DNA of 64,000 nt from a virus. Positions 49,455-57,926 of this stretch are shown piece by piece. The notes beneath the pieces were generated by a model, which saw only the letters and a list, made by a program, of their open reading frames with translations, was not told the origin of the DNA and searched no databases. The stretch is taken from IMG/VR virus record IMGVR_UViG_3300025383_001085; one strand, written 5' to 3'. The translations under genes and the position numbers were made by a program. How positions within the stretch are numbered: the stretch's first letter is position 1; each line of letters opens with the position of its first letter.

Positions 49455-50024
49455 CAAGTTCATATTAACTACTACAAGATGTGCATAGGCTAGGCTATGA
49501 GACTTCTTAAAGTAGTATTCATCGTCATCTGGTCGTTGCCACACAGTTTCAGCAACCTTAGCCCAGGGCAAGCCAATCAAGTGTCGTTTTCCCGGACGAA
49601 TAACTGCCAAAAACATAGCCATACGGGGTATAGTATTAACTGCTTCGGGCATTTTAATCAGTGTATCATAATGCTGATTGATGTGTATTAACTGCTCACA
49701 GAACTCACGCTGATATAGTTTATCCCACGGTGGCTCTTGTGCCATTAGACTATTCAAATGATCTTCGTCTCGTACTTGATTATACAGGCCGACATTCAAA
49801 AAGTCCAACTTGGTATAGCCTAGATCTTCAGCTGATTGATACTCTATACTGGCTACACCCAGCAAAGGATCTGTGGATACATCCGTGGCGTAGACTCCAG
49901 TATTATGCTTGATTAACTTGCCGTCTCGCATGATACTTGCAGGAGTTGTTTTAAGCAACGCCAATGCACGATTGCGGTCCCCGAAATCTATATCAATATC
50001 ACTGGAAAACTTCTTTTGATTCAT
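49434..50024 (-). CDS. Miniature DnaE-like (family C polymerase alpha) protein
   Basis: SDIDIDF, KHNTGV, KLDFLN, LAVIRPG, YFKKSHS.AYA motifs in 196 aa. Confidence 0.7.
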   Translation of the reverse strand: MNQKKFSSDIDIDFGDRNRALALLKTTPASIMRDGKLIKHNTGVYATDVSTDPLLGVASIEYQSAEDLGYTKLDFLNVGLYNQVRDEDHLNSLMAQEPPWDKLYQREFCEQLIHINQHYDTLIKMPEAVNTIPRMAMFLAVIRPGKRHLIGLPWAKVAETVWQRPDDDEYYFKKSHSLAYAHLVVVNMNLLNDPTN

Positions 50025-50704
50025 AGTCCTGCTGATTTCAATATATCTTTGATCCATTCAGTATCTGCCATAAAGTCTTGAAATTTTCTCTGCCAAAATT
50101 CTGGATCAATCCAAGGCAATATCATCGCAACTTGTTCTTCATTGAGTGTATCAAGTACTGCAATACCGCTGGCACAATTGTATACAATCCAAGGGCTAAT
50201 GCGGCCAGTGGTAATATGGTAACACACAAGACTATTGCCCGCAACACGGAAATAGTCGTTAAAATTAACTGTAGAACTTGTTTGATCGTCTGCATATTCC
50301 TGCATTTCTTTGAATGCTCTTTCCAGTGCGTCTTGCACTGATTCTTTTTTCATATAATCAAATAGCCATTCGGTATACAATGTATCTTTGCACCAATTGT
50401 CTAATTTCTTATTGTTTCTTAATAGCCATTCAGTAAAGCTAGTGGTATTTACCGCACGAATAGCAACCAAGTATCTGCCGTACTTGACAAACGCACTATA
50501 ATAAGGACTGGCAACAAAATCTTTGTAGGATTTTAATTTTGCACTACCTTGTGTTATTTCATAGAATCTCAAATAGGCTTTTAATCCTAACTGCACACCT
50601 GTTTCTTTTTCCTGTTGCCAACGTCGTTTAGGTTCGCAAAGATGTGCAAGAAGACTACTTTCTTTTCTAAAGTCTTTGTTACAGTAACGACAAGTAAAAC
50701 TCAA
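50021..50704 (-). CDS. Protein with N-terminal C2H2-like Zn finger
   Basis: FTCRYCNKDF..ESSLLAHLC. Confidence 0.65.
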   Translation of the reverse strand: MSFTCRYCNKDFRKESSLLAHLCEPKRRWQQEKETGVQLGLKAYLRFYEITQGSAKLKSYKDFVASPYYSAFVKYGRYLVAIRAVNTTSFTEWLLRNNKKLDNWCKDTLYTEWLFDYMKKESVQDALERAFKEMQEYADDQTSSTVNFNDYFRVAGNSLVCYHITTGRISPWIVYNCASGIAVLDTLNEEQVAMILPWIDPEFWQRKFQDFMADTEWIKDILKSAGL

Positions 50705-51165
50705 CCTAATTCCTTTTTAATTTCAGCTTCGGACATTCCCATACTACGAGCGTGTGCTTTAAGATCTGCAGTGGTGTTTAGTTCTGCCAATAGTTCAATT
50801 TCGTCTGCTTTCATTTCTGGATTTAGGCGTGTTAAAAACTTAATGGCCTTGTTGTTATTGCCTTCGGCTTTTTTGGCACCTTGCCAATAATGTCTTTTGA
50901 CTCCCATACCAGGACTAACAGAACTTAACAATAACCATTGTAATTTAGGATGATGATTCAAATCAAAGAAATTGATATTGGCACGTTCATTGGTAGCTCT
51001 AAGATACCATTCTTGGAAATCAGGATCTCCCTCTACGCTGGCACTATAACGCAACATTAAATATGTACTGAACTTTTTCTTTTCTTCGTCAGTTAACTCA
51101 TCATAAAATTCACGATTACGTGTATCCAGTTGTCGTAGTTCATTGTTAAGACTTAATTTATCCAT
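50701..51165 (-). CDS. Clamp-loader small subunit-like (T4 gp62-like)
   Basis: FSTYLMLRY.S...N...HPKLQWLLL...KRHYW pattern; replication context. Confidence 0.5.
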   Translation of the reverse strand: MDKLSLNNELRQLDTRNREFYDELTDEEKKKFSTYLMLRYSASVEGDPDFQEWYLRATNERANINFFDLNHHPKLQWLLLSSVSPGMGVKRHYWQGAKKAEGNNNKAIKFLTRLNPEMKADEIELLAELNTTADLKAHARSMGMSEAEIKKELG

Positions 51166-51166
51166 T

Positions 51167-51502
51167 TTATACCCTGTGATAAGCAACCGAATTGTTTTCT
51201 CTTTCTTGTTCTTCTTTAATCAAGTTATAGACTATTATAACACGTTCTAACTCTGACTGCAAGGTAACATTTGTCCGAGCCATCCGACGGATTTCGCCCC
51301 ACATCTGGTCTTCTTTTATTTGCTCGTGTACTGTTTTTCCGTCTACAAGTCTAGCATCAGGTGGAAGTTTATGTCCGCTAACTGGATCCCAATCGTGACC
51401 AATTGGGAATCTGGTACTGGGCTCAGAGCCCATTTCCCTAGCATAAGTGGTATTGCCCACTCGTTCGTATATGTAAGTAGCACCAGGTTTTAGTTGTCCC
51501 AT
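51167..51502 (-). CDS. Hypothetical protein
   Basis: LKPGATYIYER; coupled to upstream stop. Confidence 0.6.
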   Translation of the reverse strand: MGQLKPGATYIYERVGNTTYAREMGSEPSTRFPIGHDWDPVSGHKLPPDARLVDGKTVHEQIKEDQMWGEIRRMARTNVTLQSELERVIIVYNLIKEEQERENNSVAYHRV

Positions 51503-51506
51503 ACCA

Positions 51507-52010
51507 TTACCAACATTTAGTATAGTTAACAACCTCACTTTGACGACTAATATCTTTGATAAAAAATACGCAAAGTGGCTTTTTTACTCCGTGCTCTAAT
51601 GGTACTGCCAACATCTGGCCGGGCTTTAGTTTAGGAAAGTACCATTTGACATCTTGGTAAATGTCGATTACTTCCACAGGGAAGAACTCGGGCCTAAATC
51701 CTGCCATTGGATTAAAAGCAAATACACTGAATCCGCGGTCATTGATACTGGTAAGAGGAACAACTTCTAAGTCACCTAAGTCAGGTTCTCCAATTAACAG
51801 TTGCCAGTCTATGGGCATTTTAATTATATTACCGCCTATGTTCAATACTAATGCTGGGCTATTAAAACTTTCTAAAAAGATCAAAGGTATAAAAAAGTAA
51901 TCAGGTTCCTTGGGATCACTATTATCTAATACACAGAATCTGATATCATCTATTTCTTCGGGTATTTCATTTAATTCGTAGCTGGTATTTTCTAATGTTA
52001 ATAAACGCAC
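51507..52010 (-). CDS. Conserved hypothetical protein (possibly Hint-like fold)
   Basis: 167 aa; GTG start; own promoter. Confidence 0.6.
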   Translation of the reverse strand: MRLLTLENTSYELNEIPEEIDDIRFCVLDNSDPKEPDYFFIPLIFLESFNSPALVLNIGGNIIKMPIDWQLLIGEPDLGDLEVVPLTSINDRGFSVFAFNPMAGFRPEFFPVEVIDIYQDVKWYFPKLKPGQMLAVPLEHGVKKPLCVFFIKDISRQSEVVNYTKCW

Positions 52011-52036
52011 TTACTGTATCCTTGTTATATGTTGTT

Positions 52037-52065
52037 AGTATACACTAACGACCTGGCAATGTCAA
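52037..52065 (-). promoter_or_regulatory. sigma70-type promoter
   Basis: TTGACA-17-TATACT. Confidence 0.75.
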
Positions 52066-53519
52066 TGCCAAGTTATCTTTTCCACTTCGAATGGATAGTT
52101 CGCTTCTTTATAGAAAGCCTTTCTTTTAGTGAGATGCCTTTTTGCAAACTTACACGTCGATGTGATGTCCCAGATTTGGACAAAGTCTTTGTCCTCCGCT
52201 TTTCTAATGCCTCGCCCAATTGATTGTATAACGCGAACAAAGCTTTTTCCGGGCTCCAGAAGAACCAAATTAAAAATCCTAGGGATATTAATACCAACAG
52301 CGGCCACACCATAAGTCGCCACCAAAATCTTATTAGTACTTGTTGCAATCTCATCATATTCCTCTTTTCGATTCTTTGATTTAGTGGCTCCACTTACAAA
52401 TACTGCACGGTCGCCTAATTTGTTTACAATAAGTTTTCCGCTGGCAACTCTATCAACTAGTATTAATGTATTGCCTGACTCTTTGATGTTGTCAATAAAA
52501 TTAGCAATGTATTCTATACGCTCGTCATTTTCAGTAAGATACTTGAGCTCTTGTTGATAGTCCTTGTACTCTACATAGTCTACCAATTGACGTACTTTAA
52601 CGTGACAACTGGCCAAATGACCTGCTTCCTGTAGTTCACTGGCACTGAGTCTTCCCAATACTTCGCCTAAACTACAACGCAAGGACATAAACTCAAAATC
52701 CTCTTTGGGAATAGTGCCGGTCAATCCCCACCTAATAGGTACTCGGGCAAACACACTTGTGAGAATCGTCTTCAATGCGTCGGCTTTGGCCATATGTGCT
52801 TCATCGACCATTACACACACTACACCTTCAATAAACTCACCAACAGTTACTTCTGCAGTTCCTGCTTGTGTGTTTTTAAGCAGATTGTTTAGACTTTGCC
52901 AAGTACAAATAGTATGTGTACGGCCAAACTCTTTGCGGTCACCAAAGTAAACTCCAACATCTAATCCCATATTGATATAGTCAGCTTCAGTTTGAGTTAC
53001 CAAACTTTTGTTGGGAACAATAACAATACTGCGACCATACTTTTCAACACACGCACTCAGGCTGGCAGTCATAATAGTTTTACCTGCACCTGTAGCTACT
53101 TCTTGCAAGCATTGGGGGTTGGCTAAAAACTTGTTGATAATACCAACTTGATAGTCACGCAACATCACAGGCTGACCTGCACGTTCGTGTTTGGGTGGCC
53201 ACTTGATATGACTAAAACTGTCTTCGCGTATTTCATCAAAGCTGAATGTAGTGCTGTACTCACGTTGGTCAACAATTTCTACATCGTAGCCCTGTTCTTC
53301 CAAGTAAGGCAAAATTTCTGGCAGTAAGTTGATATAACTAGTACCGCCCAGTGCAAAAAATGCTACTTTGCCATCCCATCGTCCCAGCCTAACTGCAGGA
53401 GTATATCTGGCACCAGGTATTTCAAATTTGAATTTGTTAACTAGATTTTTTCTTGTGGTAAGATCCAGCCCCTCGATTTTCAAGTTGACTTCGTCTTTGA
53501 TTATTAGTGTACAGTTCAT
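52062..53519 (-). CDS. uvsW: SF2 helicase UvsW-like
   Basis: RDYQ, ATGAGKT, DEAH, GLTGT, GINIP, QSIGRGIR. Confidence 0.9.
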   Translation of the reverse strand: MNCTLIIKDEVNLKIEGLDLTTRKNLVNKFKFEIPGARYTPAVRLGRWDGKVAFFALGGTSYINLLPEILPYLEEQGYDVEIVDQREYSTTFSFDEIREDSFSHIKWPPKHERAGQPVMLRDYQVGIINKFLANPQCLQEVATGAGKTIMTASLSACVEKYGRSIVIVPNKSLVTQTEADYINMGLDVGVYFGDRKEFGRTHTICTWQSLNNLLKNTQAGTAEVTVGEFIEGVVCVMVDEAHMAKADALKTILTSVFARVPIRWGLTGTIPKEDFEFMSLRCSLGEVLGRLSASELQEAGHLASCHVKVRQLVDYVEYKDYQQELKYLTENDERIEYIANFIDNIKESGNTLILVDRVASGKLIVNKLGDRAVFVSGATKSKNRKEEYDEIATSTNKILVATYGVAAVGINIPRIFNLVLLEPGKSFVRVIQSIGRGIRKAEDKDFVQIWDITSTCKFAKRHLTKRKAFYKEANYPFEVEKITWH

Positions 53520-54553
53520 TCTAGTTTAATTATTTTTTCACTGTTGGCTAACCAACTTTGTTTTTTGGAACCTATCATCATTGCAGTATGTGTTACTATC
53601 AATTTAGGTTGTAGATCACTGGGGCTTGTTCTTGCCAAATACACAACTGCAGGATCGTCAACAACAACTCTATCAGCAGCATTGTCATATATGTAAACGG
53701 GCAATCTATTTACCAATTTAGCATACTTGACTATTGAACCAAGTTTGTCAGTTTCTTTACTGACAACTCTTTCAGTTAAATAATCTACGGTATCGGGATC
53801 GTACATACTGTATAACGTATTCAGTAGGTCTTGGTTTACATTATAACCTAATACCGAGCTGTTGTCTACTAATGTGAGTAAATTGTCTAAACCAAAGCCC
53901 CCCAATTTACTGTTAACATAGTCTATTAGACTATCGGCGGCGTTGGTAATAGTGTAGTGATCGCCCGTTTGTATCAATTCAATTGTATACCCTTTGGCTT
54001 CTACTTCGGTCAATTGATCATATTGTGCGAGAATACTGGGTGCTATTTCGAATTCATACGTGGGAGCTATAGTCACTAGCCAATTCAAATTGTATTCAGT
54101 TTTAGCAAGGCACCAAGCTCTTAGTTCTTTGTCGAACAGTATTTTGCCCTGGCCTTCTTTGATTTGCTTTTTGATTGTATTGATAAAATCATTATCGTAG
54201 GGGAATCGCATAACATAATATTCGTCGGTTTCTGTTATGCTCTTGGTCCTATCAACAACTCTAATGCCCATTCTAAACTGTAGGTCATCGGGCACTGCAA
54301 CAGGCGGAGACAGTCTAGACAGTTGTCTTGTGTATTTGATAACCAGTCTTTTGGCCAAGTCTGCTTGTTTGTCAGTGTAGGCTTTGTTATGATGAACCAC
54401 TTGCGAACTTAAACTGCTGACAATAGCAATATCGTATCTTGCAAGACTAATGGGAGATTTGTGACTGTCAAACAAACCAATGAGCGTGCCGGCGGCATCT
54501 CTGTCACCAGCAAAAAACTCTATGTAATCTTCTACGTAATTGAATTTTATCAT
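53516..54553 (-). CDS. Hypothetical protein
   Basis: 345 aa; ATGA-coupled to uvsW. Confidence 0.7.
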   Translation of the reverse strand: MIKFNYVEDYIEFFAGDRDAAGTLIGLFDSHKSPISLARYDIAIVSSLSSQVVHHNKAYTDKQADLAKRLVIKYTRQLSRLSPPVAVPDDLQFRMGIRVVDRTKSITETDEYYVMRFPYDNDFINTIKKQIKEGQGKILFDKELRAWCLAKTEYNLNWLVTIAPTYEFEIAPSILAQYDQLTEVEAKGYTIELIQTGDHYTITNAADSLIDYVNSKLGGFGLDNLLTLVDNSSVLGYNVNQDLLNTLYSMYDPDTVDYLTERVVSKETDKLGSIVKYAKLVNRLPVYIYDNAADRVVVDDPAVVYLARTSPSDLQPKLIVTHTAMMIGSKKQSWLANSEKIIKLE

Positions 54554-54559
54554 TTGTTA

Positions 54560-54588
54560 ATTCTAACACACTTGTAAAACAAAGTCAA
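54560..54588 (-). promoter_or_regulatory. sigma70-type promoter, 6 nt before ATG
   Basis: TTGACT-17-TAGAAT with TG extension. Confidence 0.65.
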
Positions 54589-54613
54589 AAAAAGCTCTAC
54601 CGAAGTAGAGCTT
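54587..54613 (-). terminator. Rho-independent terminator, cUUCGg loop
   Basis: AAGCTCTAC-TTCG-GTAGAGCTT-TTTTT. Confidence 0.85.
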
Positions 54614-54619
54614 ATAAAA

Positions 54620-54656
54620 GGTTGCCCGAGGAGCTAACTGAGAAAAGTAGGCAACC
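54620..54656 (-). ncRNA. 3'-UTR stem-loop presenting an anti-Shine-Dalgarno loop
   Basis: GGTTGCC stem; loop contains GTTAGCTCCT, complementary to the RBS AGGAGCTAAC at 55932-55941. Confidence 0.4.
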
Positions 54657-54672
54657 GAAACAGAAAAACAAC

Positions 54673-54900
54673 TTACTCACTTTGCAATCGATTCCATATG
54701 TATTCTTCTTCCTTAACGTATGCAACCAGTTTTAACCAACCCTTCATATGTGCTCGCCGAATCATCTGTATGTATTCTGCAGGACAATCAACACTGAATT
54801 CTATACTGGCACGGGGATAAGTAACCATACTATCTAAGATGGCGAATCCTTTTTCCCCTTCGCAAAGTTTCATCACTGCTTTATCTTTAGCAGTATACAT
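54673..54900 (-). CDS. Hypothetical protein
   Basis: TAATG coupling to AAA gene. Confidence 0.6.
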   Translation of the reverse strand: MYTAKDKAVMKLCEGEKGFAILDSMVTYPRASIEFSVDCPAEYIQMIRRAHMKGWLKLVAYVKEEEYIWNRLQSE

Positions 54901-55928
54901 TAAGCAGCTTTCATACAAGTTGTGGTAGCCATTGCTTTCCAGCGAGTAGGGAAACTCTTGCGCAAATCTGCAATCTTAAGAGCCATACGCAAACTCAATT
55001 CACGCAAACGGTCTTTGTTCTCATTCATAAACTCAATGATCTCGTCTTGTGTAACTTGCTCGAAATCATAGTCCGAAAACAATACGCCATCTTTGGCAAT
55101 CTGCTGAATACGCAACAATTTATCACGCTGTGTATCCAATGTCAAATCCAAATAGTGGCAACGTGACTGGAGTGCATCCAAGTGGTCACGTAACTTTTGA
55201 GATTTCATTTGGTCAAACTTCAAGTTGGTAATAAAGATAACACTACCGCTGAATGTAAAACTATCTGGGATACCTTCTCTACGCAACAAATTGCTGTCTG
55301 ACAACCAAGAGATTTTGCGTTTCTTACCTGAGTCAAGCGCACCTTTAAGCAAGTTGAGTGCAACATCATCTAGCAAAATACTGTCACAGTCGTCAAACAC
55401 CAACACACAATTACTGTCCGAATACTTGTAGAGTGTACTATACAATCCAAGAGCAGTTGCAGAACCTTTTACAACTTCTGCGCGGAGTTTCTTGCCTGCA
55501 ATTTGGTCGAACAAGCAAGCCTTTTCTATTTCTTGCTCTACGCCAAAACTCTTACCAACTCCAGGGGGGCCTGACACAATCATAGCACGAATGTCGCCAT
55601 TGGTAGCAGCTTTGGTCATTTCTGTAAGGATTTCAAAACGCTCTCTAATACGCTCAATGGCTTGCTCATCTGTTTCTACTACTGCCATTGGTGCGGTAAC
55701 TGTTTTTACCATTGTTGTATTCTCCGTCGAAGTTGTAAAATTGTAACTGTCCATTCCGCCGCATCTAATGCGAAGTTTTTCTGGAAAATCTGGGAAAGTG
55801 CCGTTATTTTTAACAGTAACAAAACCACCATTTGCACCTGATTTATACTGTTCTACTAGCTCAAACACCATACCGTTAACTGGCTGATTACGATAAGTGC
55901 CTTGTGTAATTTGAATAAACTGTGACAT
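54900..55928 (-). CDS. AAA-type P-loop ATPase
   Basis: GPPGVGKS Walker A, VLVFDDCD Walker B, IFITN, ALQSR. Confidence 0.85.
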   Translation of the reverse strand: MSQFIQITQGTYRNQPVNGMVFELVEQYKSGANGGFVTVKNNGTFPDFPEKLRIRCGGMDSYNFTTSTENTTMVKTVTAPMAVVETDEQAIERIRERFEILTEMTKAATNGDIRAMIVSGPPGVGKSFGVEQEIEKACLFDQIAGKKLRAEVVKGSATALGLYSTLYKYSDSNCVLVFDDCDSILLDDVALNLLKGALDSGKKRKISWLSDSNLLRREGIPDSFTFSGSVIFITNLKFDQMKSQKLRDHLDALQSRCHYLDLTLDTQRDKLLRIQQIAKDGVLFSDYDFEQVTQDEIIEFMNENKDRLRELSLRMALKIADLRKSFPTRWKAMATTTCMKAA

Positions 55929-55960
55929 TTTGTTAGCTCCTTTTTAATTACTATACAAGT

Positions 55961-55989
55961 ATTATAGCAAAAGACAGAATTTGTGTCAA
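55961..55989 (-). promoter_or_regulatory. Consensus sigma70 promoter
   Basis: TTGACA-17-TATAAT with TG extension. Confidence 0.85.
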
Positions 55990-56024
55990 AAACCCACCAA
56001 AATGGCAGGCTTTTAGTGTTGTTT

Positions 56025-56312
56025 TTATGCAACAGCTACACGACGTGCAAGTGTTTTGTATACATTATTGGGCATTTTAACACTAACATTTAAGGCGTTT
56101 GCACGAGTTTTTAGTGCTTCTACTGCTGCCTCTACTGTTAATAAACTTGCCGTTTTTGGGGGCAAATCTACTAAAAATAACGCATTGTTGCTGACAAAAT
56201 TGGAGTAAGTTTGGGCAACTATACGCAAAGCTGTAACGTCCCGTTTATAGGGACTACGCTTAAAATTAACTTTTACATACAAAGTACTAACAGGTGATGT
56301 GTTAAACTGCAT
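56025..56312 (-). CDS. Basic hypothetical early protein
   Basis: 95 aa; AAGGAG RBS; own promoter. Confidence 0.7.
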   Translation of the reverse strand: MQFNTSPVSTLYVKVNFKRSPYKRDVTALRIVAQTYSNFVSNNALFLVDLPPKTASLLTVEAAVEALKTRANALNVSVKMPNNVYKTLARRVAVA

Positions 56313-56337
56313 ACTAGCTCCTTGTTGTTAAGTTACA

Positions 56338-56366
56338 ATTATAGCAGAATGCCCAAATTTGGGCAA
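56338..56366 (-). promoter_or_regulatory. sigma70-type promoter with 16-bp palindrome over -35
   Basis: TTGCCC-17-TATAAT; TGCCCAAATTTGGGCA at 56350-56365. Confidence 0.6.
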
Positions 56367-56391
56367 ACTGCTTGTTACTTTTTTACAACAA

Positions 56392-56484
56392 TTACTGAGC
56401 TTTTTGCGGTGCGGGTTTTTTAGGTGCTTCGGTGCAAGTTTCGATGCCCTTGAAGTGCCATTTTCTGCAGAAAGTACATTCCAT
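56392..56484 (-). CDS. 30-aa CxxC-x3-H-x6-C micro-protein
   Basis: MECTFCRKWHFKGIETCTEAPKKPAPQKAQ; AAGGA RBS; own promoter. Confidence 0.55.
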   Translation of the reverse strand: MECTFCRKWHFKGIETCTEAPKKPAPQKAQ

Positions 56485-56514
56485 AATTAATTCCTTTATT
56501 TGTAGTGAACCATT

Positions 56515-56543
56515 AGTATAACACCATTGGGATTAATTTGCAA
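56515..56543 (-). promoter_or_regulatory. sigma70-type promoter
   Basis: TTGCAA-17-TATACT with TG extension. Confidence 0.6.
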
Positions 56544-56563
56544 TACCTTGCCAATTTGGCGGG

Positions 56564-56719
56564 TTATTCTTCGCTTTTGTTATCAGCTTCTAAATATTGC
56601 TTTAGTACTCTCATTGCCTTACGACTGGTATCGTAAACAAATTCTTTGCTTTCGTCTTCGGTATTGACGACTAAGATGAAGCCATTTGCGGCTTTACGGA
56701 TTTCAATTGATTCAAACAT
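56564..56719 (-). CDS. Small hypothetical protein
   Basis: MFESIEIRKAANGFILVV. Confidence 0.6.
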   Translation of the reverse strand: MFESIEIRKAANGFILVVNTEDESKEFVYDTSRKAMRVLKQYLEADNKSEE

Positions 56720-56750
56720 AGTAGACCTTTGTGTGGTTAAGTTATACATA

Positions 56751-56779
56751 ATAATAGCATATTATGCATTTTAGGTCAA
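56751..56779 (-). promoter_or_regulatory. sigma70-type promoter
   Basis: TTGACC-17-TATTAT with TG extension. Confidence 0.6.
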
Positions 56780-56787
56780 CGGTTATT

Positions 56788-57180
56788 TTAACCAATCTTG
56801 CTGAAAACTGTGTGTAATACCTGACTGGCCGTTTGGAAATTATGCTCCATAATTTCAATATTGGCCATACCGTATGCAGTGGTGCCCATATCCAAATAGT
56901 AAGTTTCGGTGGGCCAGCGTCTGCGTTTTAATGGGTAACTGTGAATTAGCAAACATTCATCTGCTATGGTTTGATAACGATCAAACTGTTTACCATTAAC
57001 CGCTTCCAACATCTGTATTGCAATTGGTTGTTCGCCGATATCAGTTCTTTGGAAATTTTTTGCAAAAAGATGTACAACATATTGTTCTACATCATTGTCC
57101 AAGTAAACTGCAGTTTGACCTTCACTTTCCAGTATAAGATCATAAGCAGCTTTTACATAGTCTTGCCAGTATGCACTCAT
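56788..57180 (-). CDS. Hypothetical protein
   Basis: Probable start MSAYWQ 5 nt after TAAATA. Confidence 0.6.
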   Translation of the reverse strand: MSAYWQDYVKAAYDLILESEGQTAVYLDNDVEQYVVHLFAKNFQRTDIGEQPIAIQMLEAVNGKQFDRYQTIADECLLIHSYPLKRRRWPTETYYLDMGTTAYGMANIEIMEHNFQTASQVLHTVFSKIG

Positions 57181-57191
57181 ACTGATATTTA

Positions 57192-57926
57192 TTAGACTTT
57201 GACTATCATTTCCGCAGATAATTCTTCGTCTGTCAAGAATGGTGTCATATCGTGTAACCCAGCTTGCTTGCCATTTTTCAATGCCTGTGCTGGCAAAATT
57301 TCCTGTTCGGCTTTGCAAATACAGTTGATGATAGCAGGACCTGGTGCTGATAATAATTGGGCAAAGTCAGCTAATCCCGCAACACCATTGACTTCTGCAT
57401 AACCAATTTCAAACGAATCTGCAATGTCTTTGAATTTAGGGAACCAAAGTCCAGTTTCGTTACTAGTACCAAACACTCGACCGTTAAAGTATTTGGTTTG
57501 TGTGTTTCTAATACTCAAGTATCCACTGTTATTCAAAATAATAAACTTGATATTTAGGTTGTGTTGGCGAACAACTGCTAGCTCCTGTAAGTTACTCATA
57601 AAACTACCGTCACCGATGATACTAATAACATTGCCTCCAGCAAGTGCCACTCCAATGGCCGCAGGCAGTGCCCATCCCATATCAGCTTGAGCAGGGTTAA
57701 ACACAAATCTTTGACCTGCTTTGGCCTTCAATGCTACTGGGCCTGCGTAGCTGATACTGCCAGCATCTCCCATTAACACTTGGTATGCACCGCTGTGTTG
57801 GTTAATTGCATCTAATACTGCGTAGATATTCACCGTACCATCGGCATCATCAAAGTATTCGGGCTGAATAACTGGCCAAGCAGATTTCCAATCATTACAT
57901 TTATTGATCCATTCTTCACGTGTCAT
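57192..57926 (-). CDS. TPP-dependent enzyme, C-terminal (diphosphate-binding) half; ALS/YerE-like
   Basis: MGWALPAAIG, GDGSFMSNLQEL...LNNSGY TPP motif. Confidence 0.85.
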   Translation of the reverse strand: MTREEWINKCNDWKSAWPVIQPEYFDDADGTVNIYAVLDAINQHSGAYQVLMGDAGSISYAGPVALKAKAGQRFVFNPAQADMGWALPAAIGVALAGGNVISIIGDGSFMSNLQELAVVRQHNLNIKFIILNNSGYLSIRNTQTKYFNGRVFGTSNETGLWFPKFKDIADSFEIGYAEVNGVAGLADFAQLLSAPGPAIINCICKAEQEILPAQALKNGKQAGLHDMTPFLTDEELSAEMIVKV

